A stretch of DNA of 64,000 nt from Octopus vulgaris (taxonomy: Eukaryota), in assembly GCA_951406725.2 (NCBI GenBank), contig OX597826.1:6138001-6202000 (forward strand), in the 5' to 3' direction. How positions within the stretch are numbered: position 1 is the first letter of the stretch; every line of letters starts with the position of its first letter. Below, in pieces: positions 40,754 through 56,240 of this stretch. The notes under the pieces are model-generated. The model worked only from the letters and a program-made list of their open reading frames with translations, was not told the DNA's origin and ran no database searches. The translations under genes and the position numbers were made by a program.

Positions 40754-42749
40754 GTTTGGAAAATATTTTTTTTCTTTAAGATGGCATTTGGCAATTTTAT
40801 TTCTAGATCAAATTTTTTCATTACTGAATTATTTCAGTATATCTTAATAATGGAATCGAACGAGTCGAAATTATTCCATTCGTTGTATTTCCTTGAACTA
40901 CCGTATTCTGCGGCGCAAGAGACGCACAAACATATTGCACCCCAATATTAGCATCGTCTATTCACGTGAAAAATATCGAGTACATTAAATCTTATAGGAA
41001 GTACAATGTCGCAAATAGGACCAGGTGTGATCTTTGAGACTGTAGTTTTGAAAACAAAAAAAGAGATTCCTATATGAAGCCAAATACATTATTTATTTTT
41101 CGCTTCTGGGGGAAATAACGATTGATATTACTCCGAATATTTTATAACCTTCTGTGGAGCGAAACAGCATTGATTTTGATTTTAAATTGAATGGATGCAT
41201 TTATAGTTCGAAGAACGGTCACTCTTTTTTTTCTACCGTAGAATACTCTGATGTTATATTTGCATAACACACTTATTATTGGTCAGAGAAAGATATGCAT
41301 CCATATCGTCTGCAACCACATTCAAGTTAATGAATTCTCGGTTTTATATCCGAAATACTATCGACCGAATATGCAATCTCTGTTACAGAAGGAAAAAAAA
41401 AATTTCAAAAATGTTCTTTGCTTCCATTCAGACAAATATACACAGCGCCAAATCGACTGAGCTTTTTAATCGCAAAGTTTTATATCGTAAACAAATTTTC
41501 CTCTGAAAACCAAAACTTCGTCTAACTTAAATATTCATTTCCATCCATATTTACTTTTGGTTTTAGTTTTCAATTATAAAGTGTTTACTTTTTATAACTA
41601 TATCAACCGTTTTGTTGTTGAATATTTTATTATAAATAAACAAATTTAACTTGGCAGTTATAAATGTATATTACTTTTTGGAGACGGGCGTGAAATTAAA
41701 TAACTGCCAATGTAATAAATATTATATTTATTGCTTTAAAATAGTAACACATTGCATTTTCTTTTCGACGAGTCTATATGTCATGTTTACTATAAAAGTT
41801 GCGAAGCAAAGTTTTATAGATTATATTAAACACAAACACGTACACATGTATACATACATGCAACATACGCATAAATATACGTAAATACACACACAATCAT
41901 TGACGTATACAGACACAAATATACAAGGACGAATAATTATTATAACTGACATCCATATTTCAGAGTTAAGAATAGTAACAGAACTTACACAAACAATAAT
42001 ATAAAAAGCGACAATATAATAATCATTAGCATCGAATGTGATATTGGTGTCTAACAAAGTTTCAACAGTATTTTTTGTTTTCGAAAGGAAGGATGTATTC
42101 GATTAAAATCACAACAAATATTACTTGAAATTAGTTACACATTTATGAATTTATTTAATGAAAATTCAATATTTTATTGACTTTAAAATATAAGATCAAT
42201 TTTCATATAAAAATTTATTTACAGTGTTTAATATATAAAAGTTTAAACTTATATGGATTTTAACATTTCATCATATAGCATTGCTTCAGTGAACGTTAGA
42301 TTTGCTCTTATCGAATTTCCAACGTGATTTATCTAATTCTCAAAAAAAAAAAAAAAAGAGAGAGAGAAAAGAGAGAAGAATATGAGGCGAATACACAACA
42401 GCATGGGCACACGCATACGTTTTACTTTCCGATATAAATTTCAACAATCTTCTGATAGAAGATATCTTTTGTCTATTGCCTTTCCACTGCACAACATTGC
42501 ATCAATTGAAATCGTAAGATATATATATATATTTTTCATTATTGTATACAATAACAGTTATTAATGTATTACTGCACCCCTGATAATAGCACATATCGTA
42601 GGTATTGTTTGAAATTTGTTTTCTCAATCTTTACACAGAATATAAATTCCAAATATGTGTAAGACATATATCTAGAATCGGTATGTGCAATGTCGGATTG
42701 CAGCATGCAATATCAAATTTTACACCGACAAGACAAATATCTTTAGTTG

Positions 42750-42809
<60 letters not shown>

Positions 42810-42811
42810 TT

Positions 42812-43208
42812 TTACTCTTTTACTTGTCTTTGTCATTTGACAGGGGCCATGCTGGAGCACCGCCTTAATCGAGCAGATCGACACCAGGACTTATTCTTTG
42901 GAAGCCTAGTAATATTCTATCGTTCTTTTTTGCCGAACCGCTAAGTTACGGGGACGTAAACACAGCATCGGTTGTCAAGCGATGCTGGGGGGACAAACAC
43001 AGACACACATACATATGCACACACACACGCAAACATTTATACATATATGCCAGTGGCTTCTTTCGGTTTCCGTCTACCAAATTCACTCACATAACATTGG
43101 TCGGCCCGAAGCTATAGTAGGAGACACTTGCCCAATTCCACGCAGTGGGAATAAACCCAGATCAATGTGGTTGGTAAGCAATCTACTTACCACACAGCCA
43201 CTCCTGCA

Positions 43209-43213
<5 letters not shown>
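42812..43213 (-). mobile_element. Family A SINE
   Basis: Homology to the other copies. Confidence 0.85.
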
Positions 43214-43280
<67 letters not shown>

Positions 43281-43311
43281 ATATATATATATAAATATAT
43301 ATATATTTTAC

Positions 43312-43692
43312 TTTCTCTTTACTCTTTTACTTGTTTCAGTCATTTGACTGCGACCATGATGGAGCACCGCCTTTAATCGAGCAACTCGACCCCGGGACTT
43401 ATTCTTTTGTAAGCCTAGTACTTATTCTATCGGGTCTTTTGCCGAACCGCTAAGTAACGGGGACATAAATACACCAGCATCGGTTGTCAAGCAATGCTAG
43501 GGGGACAAACACAGACACACAAGCACACACACACGAATATATACATACATATATACGACGGGCTTCTTTCAGTTTCCGTCTACCAAATCCACTCACAAGG
43601 CTTTGGTCGGCCCGAGGCTATAGTAGAAGACACTTGCTGAAGGTGCCACGCAGTGGGACTGAACCCGGAACCATCTGGTTGGTAAAGAAGCT
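43312..43692 (-). mobile_element. Family A SINE, slightly 5'-truncated, in tandem with the previous copy
   Basis: Homology to the other copies. Confidence 0.85.
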
Positions 43693-43723
43693 ACCTTATT
43701 TCATAACATTTGCCATAAAAGCA

Positions 43724-43815
43724 GTACATAGAGTACATAGGTACTCCTGTACCTATATATATATAAATGAAGTACATAGAGTACATAGGTACTCCTGTAC
43801 CTATATATATATATA
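43724..43815. repeat. 48-bp-period tandem duplication (agtacatagagtacataggtactcctgtacctatatata...) x2
   Basis: Read directly from the sequence. Confidence 0.9.
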
Positions 43816-44930
43816 GGCTGTTTTGTCAGATTTTTCTAGTTAACTAAATAATTTGAAACTTCGTATACTGGTAGAGTGTCTCAAAAGAAAACACTAGTTT
43901 CAACTTGTTTATTTGCGAAAAATGTATTTTATAACTTTAAGGGTAGATTAAATCTGCGAATTTTAACCAATCGTATTTTTTGTTTTCATTTGAAATAATT
44001 AACTGCATTATCTTAGTGTGACGTAGAAAGCTATTTTGTGACGTAGACAGCTGTGCGTAGGTCTGTGTTTTGTGTGCGTGTGTGTGTGTTTGATGGGGTG
44101 TGGGAGACAGAAAGTATGTTGTGTAAGTGAAGTACTTCTGTTAGTGTGTGTGAAGAGACAGAGAGAGTAATGTGTGAAAGAGAGAGATAACTGAAATTTT
44201 TTACTCGGTGTATGTGTATATGTATGTATGCATGTATGTGTGTGTGTGTATGTATCTATGTATGTGTGTGTGTATGTATGTGTGTGTGTGTCTATGTATG
44301 TATGGCCGATTCAGTGTTTACATTATTTCGAGTTAAAACGAAAGATTACCAAAAAAAATTTTGTCTATATCTTCGATCACTGTCATTATTCCATTGAGTC
44401 AACCTCATTATTTTCTACATAGCAAAGGTAATCTTTCGTTTTAACTCGACATAATGTAAACACTGAATCGGCCATACATACATATACACACATACATATA
44501 CACACACGAAAGATTGCCAAAGATAAAAAGTTACAGAAATAAAAGTTACACGAAAAAAGTAAAGAATAAAAATCACAAAAAATTAAGTTAGTTAAACAAT
44601 ATATAAGTTTAATATATAAGTTAGTTAATAATATATTTTAAAAATGTGAATAGAAACTTCAGGAATACGGTAACCGGGTGTTTACATTTCACGTATGTTA
44701 AATACGTCAGCAAAATAGCCGTTTACGTCTATTGAGACGGAGTAAATAATATGAAGCCGAAAGACCGAATACCATTGATTAAAATTCTAATTATTAAACA
44801 ACGTTAAACTTTGAAATTACAATTCCGTTTTCATTCTGGTTTACAATTATGTTTTCTTTTGACACATTCTACCAGTATACGAAGTTTCAAATTGTTTGGT
44901 TAAGTAGGAAAAATCTGAATAAACAGGCCT
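43816..44930. mobile_element. ~1.1-kb foldback/MITE-like non-autonomous DNA element with long inverted arms
   Basis: Outer arms ~43816-43892 and ~44851-44929 (shared core aatttgaaacttcgtatactggtaga); middle arms ~44018-44046 and ~44703-44729; inner arms 44293-44350 and 44427-44484 (57/58 complementary). Confidence 0.8.
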
Positions 44931-47484
44931 TGGAAATGAAAAGATCCTATATATGTATTTTACATATATATATATATATATACATATACACACCCATATA
45001 ATGTGTGTGAGTGTATGTCTATGCACATATGTTTGTGTTTTTGTATGTGTGTGTACGTGTGTATATACCATGTGATCTCTCGTTCAGTGACATTCTCCGA
45101 CACCATGGTTGAGTGACCCTAGCAATAGCCAGACACCGGTTGATGTCTTGTGAGTGACCTTCGCATAATGAAGCTGTCTGGAGGCATGGTGTTCTTATAA
45201 TACATCAACGCTAAATACGAATTAAGATCTGTTGTTTGTTATTCATCTTATTTACTATGAAGATATCAATATTTTATAGAAATCTTTGGTTTGTATCTTT
45301 GGTTTTTATTCTTTCTATGTGTGTCAAGTCTATTACAACTATTCCCCATTTCTTCTTCAAGTATGTATTATTCACAATATCATTCTTTATTCTTTACCAC
45401 ACCAATTCATTTTCATACCACTGGACCATGACAATAACCTTCCGACAATTAAACCTGCATCAAACTTTACGTCTATTTCACTTTTTCTTTTTTCCCCGTC
45501 TATTTAAACGTCAACTTTTCTAGTACTTTCTAGTTTAGACTCTCCCTTAACGCCCCACCTTTATTTTCTTCACATACTCTGACCATCTCATCCACACCCT
45601 AACAATTTCAATTTTCTAGTCAACTAACACAATAGCTCATTTTATTACTGTTATGTCGCACGTTCGGGTGCCTTCTGCTCAACTCTGCTCCCCTACTCTC
45701 TGCTAACAAACTGTTCTCTAGTCTCTTGACGTCTAGGCTTCTCTATATCTACGTATTGGGCTAGCCTACTTCATAGTCTCGGGGTGCCCACACAACAATT
45801 ACCCTCACGACTTCTGCTTTAACACCTAATATTCCTCACCTTAACTTCTAACAGGTCTCTGTAGTTCTAATAGTTCCGTTTTCGATTTCTTTTCCTTTTT
45901 TGTTATCTCGATCTCCAACCCACACTTTCTTCTCTATTTTTTTTCCTTTTTCACTCATCGTTTTTCACTCTATCCTCCTCTCTGCCGTAACAACACCTGT
46001 TTCTTGTACTTCCATTCATACTTCACTTTGACCATCTCAAATCAATTTCTCGCCTTTCACACACCTTTCTATATTTTGAGCAATATTGAATAACATTTGT
46101 TTTACAATATATTAATTTAAAAACGCGAAGAGAGGAAGAGTATAGTCCTGAAAGTACCATCACCCGGATGAGATTAATCCTTCAGTTTACCATATATCAC
46201 TGAGAACAACAACTTAAATTGTGTATTTTCCAGCCTGTAAACTGGTTTATACATACATAAATACATGTGCGAGCTTGTGTGTGTGTGTGTCAATGTATAT
46301 GTATATGGATACATGCGCGACTCTCTCCCGTACAGACACATATTTGTATACACGTATCTGTAAGATTGTAATAATTAGTGAGTAAAAAGCGAACACTTAT
46401 CCAGATATTTAGTCATCACTCACGTGCGAAAATACAGTATGCAAACGGCAGCTAAGCAACTAATACGTATAATGATAGTAATGGCGATGAAAATACAAGC
46501 ACGATACAAACAGTAATTTGTATAATTCTAGAAAGAGAAATAGATGGAAATCAAAGAGGTTTTGATGATGAAAATAGCGACAGAGCCACAAGTCCAAAGT
46601 AGAAGGTCACTTGAACATAAAAGAACACTTGACCAAAATGTAAACGAAATAATTTATATATTAATCTGACATGCAAATGCCATTAATGTTGTAAATGACT
46701 TTCTTGCTTTAATCTCCTCTCATTTTCCACTGAAATACCAGCGTCATAAAAATCTTCAAACAAAATTGTATTAAATTTAGCAATACTGATTGCGCAAACT
46801 TGGCAAGTTCCATCAGAAGTTGCAATGTAAAGTACTCCGTGGTAACATTAAGTTCAATCTGCGCCTACCTGTAACTGTGCCAATCAGTAAAATGCCTCGG
46901 TTGGAGGTAATTGCATGAAGAAATCATTAGTAATGAGAATTAAGTTATATTTATGTCACGGTTCTTGACCCATATCTGATAGTAGTTGTCGAAGTATATA
47001 ATTTCAAAGGTTATGTCTGTCTGTAGCGCCACTGCTTTACAAGAACTTTGCATGTACTTTGTCTAAATATATTTGTCTAATGAACCAAAAAGAAAAAGAA
47101 AGAAAAACAGAAGAAAAAGAGAAAGAAAATTACTTTCTTCTGTTTTCATCAATTTTTTAATCGATCTCTTTCGTAATATTGAAGAAAATTCAAATAGAAC
47201 CGACTCAGTCAGTCGTGACAATGTTGAAAATTTGTTGACTCTGTAGGCAACCTGCAATAACTTTGAACTAAATTTCATATATTGTATATTCATGTGTATA
47301 TAACTTATTATATACTTCCTTAATCAATCAATTTGTTTTATTACACACAATCATTTTCCCATTTTTGTGTCATTTCGACACTCGTTAGCACCAAATATTT
47401 ACGTATATTTTATAATTTATAGTTTATCTTCTCTCAGTGCTATAATTAACATTCCTACTGGGCGCCCTCATTTTCACTACATAA

Positions 47485-47580
<96 letters not shown>

Positions 47581-49187
47581 TACATAGATATCAACACATA
47601 CACATATGCACCACACACATGCACACGCACATATATATCTATCAGTCTCTCTCCCTCCATATACAAATATTCTTTTAAAAAAACATTTCTTTTAATTTTC
47701 CTAAATTAAATTGTTTAATTGTTACAGTTGGAAAAGTCTAAATGACTGAAACCGGTACTGAAATGATTTCTATAAAATCATTTTAGCTTTTTCTATCTTG
47801 ACTTTTTTTCCTATATATATATATTGTGTGTGTGTTTATGAATGTTTATAAATGTATTTATGCGTTAAATATACATCACCCTTACTATAGTTTCAAAGGA
47901 TGTGGAGAACAGTCAAATTCAGTTAATATGTAACTTCTTTTGAATATGTATACGCTTTACTACACCTTTCATCCTTGGTCACATTCTTCTATGTCATTCC
48001 TCTTTCTCAGAATATCAAATAATTTAAAACTTTGATTTCTCCCGACTAGTGACTATCTTCCCATGCCCGAACAGCAGAAATTTTTATCTATTTTTCATTT
48101 CCCAAAAGGAATGTTAAGCGACTTATTGTAGGTTTTACATCATCTGTTAGATGGGCTAATTATTGTATAATTGAGACAATTTGCCCCTCTTCTTATGGTA
48201 GTTTGTACGACTTCGACTGAGATTGCTGATTTGAACTTCATTCTCTGTACAAATCATCAGGGATTTACCTCTAACCATTTATCAAAGAACACTACCTATG
48301 TGCAAAACATGATACCTCTGACCATTTTTCCTTTACATCGGTCACATAAACGCAGCTCATTAAGTCACATAACCTCAATTTGAGAGACATTATCATTCAT
48401 CAACAGCAATATGAGATAACCATTGAATAAAACGTGTTTGGTTATGGAACTCACAAGAATAGGAACAGTTTTCGTAAATTGAAAGTAAGACCTTTGAAAA
48501 CTTAGCAATAATTTCTGAACTTATTTATGGATATTATTCCCATCATCAATGCCTTTTCGTCTATTTTATATGAACCTCTGAAAAGAATGGTAGGACACAA
48601 TTATTTCTTACTTCTTTGACCGATCACCTCCACATGCAACATTTGCAAAAACTCATATATTTATTGCTTTCAACCAATATGCAACATATAAAGATATTCG
48701 CTTAAGAAATATGTAGAGGATTTCGTGACTGTCAGGATAAAGACCATCTACCTACGTTACTAAGTATTACTAGGATATTGCTGTTACTTATTCACTGCCT
48801 TCGCGTTGCATTAAATACACATAATTTTAATGTATGATTTACATTAAAGTAAATATTACTAACACGTGACGACATACCTGCTGAACGTAAATAGTGTCAA
48901 ATGTTGCAAATCATATCTCAAAGTAGTAACTTTATTATTCAGAATTTCTTATCGGTGTGCAACATTTCCCAAGTTCTGATCATACTTTAATTAATCAAAA
49001 GAATTTTATAAACTAAGCAACAGACTACAATCGTTATGCAATATGAATTCCACACTGGGTTTCTTATATTGTTGTCCTTTAGTTATTTTCTCGATCACAT
49101 CAGTGTTCGTTTCCATTGTTAAAAACAACGAGTATTTCAACATTACACAGACACATTTTCATTACCTGAATACTCACATGTACACGC

Positions 49188-49292
<105 letters not shown>

Positions 49293-49324
49293 GAGAGAGA
49301 AAGAGAGAGAGAAATATATATAAG

Positions 49325-49455
49325 ATTAATCAGCCGAAATTACGAAGATGATCCGGTTCTTGACTAAGGATCAAACGTCCTTGTTTTTTGTATCGTCTAT
49401 CTGCATGTTTTCTTGTCACCTAGTTGTCCGAATGTTTTGCATTTTTGTCCCATTT

Positions 49456-49460
<5 letters not shown>
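49325..49460 (+). mobile_element. Short copy of an interspersed repeat also at ~54825-54988, ending in (TA)n
   Basis: Shared gattaatca.ccgaaatt.cga.gatgatc.ggttcttgact.aggat...gtatcgtctatctg...cacctagttgtccg.atgttttgc...ttgtcccattttgtat. Confidence 0.75.
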
Positions 49461-49516
<56 letters not shown>

Positions 49517-50432
49517 ACACATAAAGAAAACTCATTTAATATCTATGATTTTCGACGTTGTTCTGAATATGTATACTAAGAAATGACGTTGAAGATGCGC
49601 TTGCAATCCTTAAGCAGATTTATCTTGAAGAAAATTAATTGTTTTTCAGAATTATTTGACATTCGAAATTAGCGCGAAGTACAAGGGCACAGAACTATAC
49701 TTCAACTGTAATGCTTCTCTGTGCAAGTCAGAAACTTCAACTTCTTCGTTGAAGAAAATGTAACTAAAATAACTATCATTTCAAATACAATATTATTTAT
49801 TGAAGAATAAGAGTTCAGTCATAAGATTATCAAATTTTCATGATGCTTCTATGAACATTGTACTAAACATTTTCAGAGGAAAATTTATGTACCTTTTGTT
49901 ATCACTATGCATGCATATATATATAAATACACACACACACACATACACACACATATATATATATATGTATATATATATGTATATATGTGTATATATATAT
50001 ATATACATATATATATGCGTGTATGTCCGTGTGCGTGCGCACGTGTGTGCGTGTGTGCGTATGTTTGCATTTCGATACATGTATTTGTATATATATGAAT
50101 GAATTTTAGTACGTCTCTGTGCGTATATATTCAAATACACAAAATGTATGATCACGAAAGGAATTTGTTATTTTTATTTATATATTTATATATTGATAGA
50201 ATATAATGTAATAAAATGTCAGATGTATGTACGTTTGTGCATTATTTAAATGCATGCGAGTATATATACATATATATATATATATATATACATACACACA
50301 CACACACACATATATATATATGTATATATATGTATATATATATGTATATATATAATATATGTGTATATATATACATATATATATATGAATATATATGTAT
50401 ATATATGAATATATATGTATATATATAATATA

Positions 50433-50516
<84 letters not shown>

Positions 50517-50853
50517 TATATGAATATAAATGTATGTAGGTATATGTATTTAAGTATGTGCGTATGTATATATATGAATGTAGAAGTTCTGTCTGTGCGG
50601 GCTTGCATATCAGTGAACAGAATAATGTTTGGATTGTGAAACTGTGACTCACGCTGTCTGTAATTGTATTTATTTTAATTTACCTAAATACTTTTATGTG
50701 CACAAAAAAATATCAATATGTTTAAGTCAAGCTAATTTAAATTTACTTGATCTATAATATTTCTTTTGACTTTTTCCACTTTTTCCACTTTTGATGCTGT
50801 GCAGCATACGCAAATACATTGCTATCTAGATACATGCATACGTACAGACACAG

Positions 50854-50891
<38 letters not shown>

Positions 50892-51040
50892 GTGTCTGTT
50901 TGTATCAATATATAATTAGATATATATAAATATATATATGATTATATATATGTATATATATGAATATATTTATATATATATACACAATAATAAGATATTC
51001 TCCTACCTATCTACATATATACCCACAGTTATACATGTTG

Positions 51041-51099
<59 letters not shown>

Positions 51100-52100
51100 C
51101 ATACATACATGTATATATACATATTTCTATACTTACAAACCTATATATATAAATATATATATATATATTCATGTATTTGTATGTATGTATATAACCAACC
51201 TATATTTCAAAATCACGATTCTAGTTTGCCATCTTACCATGTTTGTGATATGGTTAATATTTACATCGACTACATTTAGAGATGAATTTTACTCCATTTT
51301 ATTTTATTATATCTATTCATTTATTTCTCTGTACAATGATATTTCTTTCAGTTTGTTAGGATTTCATCTCAGAATTTCTATTTTTTTATTTTTTTTATTT
51401 TTTTCTTACTTCTATATATTAAATCATAACATATAGATTAATATATCTTAAACAGTGTATCCAACTCTATATTTAATAGCAGAGCAACATGAAAGAAATG
51501 TAAACCTAGTACTGGCTGACAATAAATGGAAATATAACTTCATAGATTTAAGCATTTCAAAGTATTTGATATTCATAACAAAAAGAAAAAGTTATATAAT
51601 TGTAATTCTTAACGTCGTATTAAACAATATTTTTATTGTTTATGACACTCTGAAATATCAAACGGATAATGAATTATTTCAAGTTGTTATAAAATAAATG
51701 TGGATGTTGTTTACAACGATTAGAGATTATTGGCAGAATATATACACCTACAGAATATCTATAAACCTATTAAGAAATACCGTCGAAGAAATATATACGC
51801 ATATATATATATATATATATAGTCGAAGGGAGGCGAATACTTTCTTACACTCGCATACGTATATGTCTCAGCAAAAGTGTTTATACAACCCTTGTATCCC
51901 TACATATATCTTGAAACACAGATATGTGTAAGTGCGTATACATGCTGACATGTACGAATGTATATATATATACATATATGTACGTATATATATATTACAT
52001 ATATGTATGTGTGCATGTGCAATACACACACACACACACATATATACATATATATATATCTGTTTCTATATATAAGATCATATATACATACATACATGTT

Positions 52101-52149
<49 letters not shown>

Positions 52150-52289
52150 TTGTTTATATGCATTTATATGTTATATGTATATGTATATATATATATAAGC
52201 ATACATACATGTTTGTATATATGCATATATACAAACATGTATGTATGTTTATATATGTACATATAACATATAAATGCATATATGCATAT

Positions 52290-52350
<61 letters not shown>

Positions 52351-53129
52351 TATATACAAACATGTATGTATGTTTATATATATACATATAACATATAAAT
52401 GCATATATACACACATAAATGACGAGGAAGGGAGAGAATACAGGCAGCTGGTGTGAGAGACGGAGAATTACATATTTCTCATTGCGAAAATTTTAACTGT
52501 TATTAATAAATATATACGTGCGTGTTTCAATTATGTTATCTTTTTTTCTGTATGAGTTTTTTTTTTCTAAATTTATATAATGTGAAATATATATTTGAGG
52601 TAAATGCGAGACAGAATTTGGTAAGAATATAAACATATATGGCCAGACATTTCCCATACGTTATAATTTCTATTTTCAACAAGTTCTATATTAAATTTTG
52701 AAAAAAAATTCTTTGTTTACAAGATGTGTCCACGGAAAATTTAAGAATTTAGACATGATTTCCAAATATATGTTGTGGAATTCTACTGGAATATCTGTTG
52801 ATGTTAATATAACTGGTGTAAATAACCTTGTAAATAAGCGACAATTTGTTTATCATTTTCAAAAGCTCTCTTTAGTCTAAATAGATACTCTGACCATTAA
52901 AAACTTACTCATCAATAAATGACATCTTTTGCGCTATTGTTTTCTGATTTAAACAGGTTTATTTGATATTTCTCTTATGCATTGATCATATGTCTCGTTT
53001 CATATTAAACAGCTCGAAGGCAACATATGCTTAGATATTTTCGATAGAACCTGATCACCTACGTGCCTTGTTGATAAGAATATTCCAGATCTCTCAGTGT
53101 GCAAGCATCATATCTGTGCGAAATATGAA

Positions 53130-53298
53130 TATAGGCGCTGGAATAGCGTGGTTAACAAATTTGTTTGGGAAGTACGTCATTTTGAGTTCAATTCTACTGT
53201 ATGTTATCCTTCGACAAGTGCTTCCTCCTTTCCTATAGCACTGGTCTAATCAATGCTTCTCAGAAAATTAGACAGACGGATACTGTATGGAAGCTCTT

Positions 53299-53344
<46 letters not shown>

Positions 53345-53540
53345 TGTGTGTATTTATATAAACATATATGTTTATGTATGTATGTATTTGTGTTTGTGTT
53401 TGTTCATCTACCTCTTGCAGGTTTGTTTACGTCCTTGTTATCCAGCAGTTCAGCAAAAGAGAGGGATCACTAACTACTTAAGTTAAGGAAATAAACACGG
53501 AGGTTGAGCTGTTCGACCAAAACACGCTTCCAGGCAGTGA
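53130..53540 (+). mobile_element. Highly diverged family A-like SINE
   Basis: Same layout (taggcgc...gagttcaattctactg...caagtg...tatagc...agacgga.actg...(TA)n...gtttgtttacgtcc...gttcagcaaaagag). Confidence 0.55.
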
Positions 53541-54031
53541 CCTGACCCAGCGAGACAGCAATCCAACAGCTTACGCATGCGCTAGATAAAATTTCTCAGT
53601 GCTTACATATGCAATGACCCGAAATGATCTCATGCCCTCAAAGCATCATATTTTTATTGTGCACTACAATTTAGTGACGTATATATCTCGGCATTTCAGC
53701 TGTAAAATTGCAAGGAAGTCACCCTAATTATTTATGATTTACACTTTTACTGTTTCGGAAATCAGCGTATGATTTCTACGGAAATCTTATATACTGACAA
53801 AACGAGTTCCACTCAAGACAAGGCACTAGGTGAAAGCGACTGAAGAGTAATAATATAAATACGAAATCACTGTGATCCGGCTATGCCTAGGCGCTGCAAA
53901 TAAGGTGTTCCATTTGGTTATGAGCTATTTTAACTCTACTTTCTTGCATTACTCGTGCAGACTATTGCGCTCAGTCCCTTTAGTAACGTATATATTTCTG
54001 CCTTTCGGTTATAGAATTGCAAATAAGCTCC

Positions 54032-54080
<49 letters not shown>

Positions 54081-54145
54081 GAGATTCGTTATAGGAATAA
54101 GAATATACTATAAACATGTACAAAAACAGGAGATGAGTTGGTGAA

Positions 54146-54177
<32 letters not shown>

Positions 54178-54179
54178 GC

Positions 54180-54988
54180 GTCGTACGTACACTTTGTTCT
54201 CTTATATGTAAGTATACATTTTACTAAATATTGTACGATTCTATTTCTATCGACCCTTCAACGCTTATTGCTTCATTCCACTATTCGTTCTTTCGTTCCC
54301 CCTCTTTCACATTTCTTTGCCTTCACTTTTTACTCAATTTCCCTCCACTTTTCACTTCACTATGTCCTGTTTTTTTTCTCGCCCCTCCTTAATTCTTCTG
54401 TCCATCTGCTTCTACAACTCTCTCCCTTCTCTTTCCTCTCCTTAATTCTTTTGTTCCTCTGGTTCTATTTTTCTCACTCTTCTCTTTCCACATGAGCGAT
54501 AGACCACATTGCTTCTTCTTTCTGGGTCTGACCGCGGTCCGTGCAACATCGGTATTCTTCCCTGCATCTGTGAAACCTCTGTATCTCTGCCGTAAGGCTT
54601 CATTTCCACACACGCCAGCCTACATCGATTCATCCCCAGTCGAAAGAAACCTGTTGTTATGCCCTGTTATTATTATTGTTATGGTATTTATATTGTATTT
54701 ATATTTGTGTAACATTGTCTGGTTTTCCGTCCTTGCATTTGTATACATTCGATGCTTTTTTCCAAGGAATCTAATGCTCTTAGTTTAGTTTTTCTTTGGG
54801 GCTGGCCAGATTGGAGCAACCTCAAGATTAATCACCCGAAATTGCGAGGATGATCTGGTTCTTGACTGAGGATTGAAAGCTTCGAATGACCCGTCCTTTT
54901 TTTTGTATCGTCTATCTGGATGTTTTGTTGTCCCTTTTTGTATCACCTAGTTGTCCGGATGTTTTGCGTTCTTGTCCCATTTTGTATT
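54180..54988 (+). mobile_element. Longer copy of the 49325-49460 repeat with a pyrimidine-rich 5' part, flanked by (TA)n; possibly a retroelement 3' region
   Basis: 3' ~160 bp homologous to 49325-49460; (TA)n on both sides; no credible ORF. Confidence 0.5.
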
Positions 54989-55289
54989 ATATATATATAT
55001 ATATATATACACAACAATAATTCCGTACTCTTTCGTAGTGTGTATTAATACTGCAAATCTACTTGAATGCAATATACAGGTGGCCTCATTGAATTAACAT
55101 GCTGTTCAATGCTAAGTTCTTTGAAGTACTCTACTATCGGCAATGAAAGACTACAATCGGAATAAATGGGAGCAGGTATTAATGTAATGCCAGTGTCAGG
55201 GCTGGTGTTTGTCCTGGAAATCCATATGGTTAATGAGGCAACATTCAATGTGCCTATTACCAGTAGGCTGCATTCAGTCTGTTAATACC

Positions 55290-55620
55290 TTTACGTTCTG
55301 AGTTCAAATTTCACCGAGGTCGACTTCGCCTTTCATACTTTCGGGGTCGATTAAATAAGTACCAGTTACGCAATAGGGTCGATGTAATCGACTTAATCCG
55401 TTTGTCTGTCCTTGCTTAGTCTCTGTTTAGTCTCTTGTTTACTACTTGTGGGTAGTAAAGAAATAGGTATTTCGTCTGAGTTCAAATTCCGCTGATGTCA
55501 ACTTTGCCTTTCATCCTTTCGGGGTAGATAAATTGAGTACCAGTGACGTAGTGGCATCGATCCAACCGACTGGCCCCCTCCCCCCAAATTTCGGGCCTTG
55601 TGCCTAGAGTATGAAAAGAT
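55290..55620 (+). mobile_element. Family B SINE, dimer-like
   Basis: Two tandem gttcaaatt...gcctttcat...aagtaccag cores; tail ...aatttcgggccttgtgcctagag as at 37190-37210. Confidence 0.8.
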
Positions 55621-55849
55621 TGTTACTTGATTCTATATTAGACATAAGGCAAAATATTTGGGTGCATGAACGGTAGTTTATTTTATCGGCTCCCTGAGAT
55701 GAAAGACCATGTTAAACTCTAGGAGGTTTGAACTCAAAGAGTAATGAATTTGTGATAAATAACACATAATTTTATCCGACGCCTAACACATCCTCTTAGC
55801 CACTTGCCTGCACAGGTTCCTAATTTTGATCCATGGTTATCAGTTTAGG

Positions 55850-56240
55850 AGGAGGGGAGTCGATAACGTCGACCCCAGTGCTTAACTGGTGCTTATCCTA
55901 TCGACCCCCGAAAGAATTAAAGGAAAATTCGACTCCGTTGGAATTTGAACTCAGAGCGTAAGGATGGACAAAATGCTGCTAAATATTTTCCTCGGCATGA
56001 GACGATTCCGTAGCTCTTACAGTTTATTAATATTCCTAAGCACAAAACCTGATATTTGTGGAAGGGGTCAAGTCGATTACATCGTCCCCAGTATTTAACT
56101 AGTACTTCTTTTATCGACCCCGAAAGAGATGAAAAGCAATATTGACCTCAGCGAAATTTGAACTCAGAACGTGCAGACGGACGAATTGCCCCTAAGCTTT
56201 TTTCCCGGCGTGCTAATGATCCTGCCAGATCACCGCCTTC
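55850..56240 (-). mobile_element. Two diverged family B-like SINEs in tandem
   Basis: Two copies of gtcgat...cgaccccagt...aact.gt.ctt...atcgaccccgaaag...gaatttgaactcaga. Confidence 0.7.
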
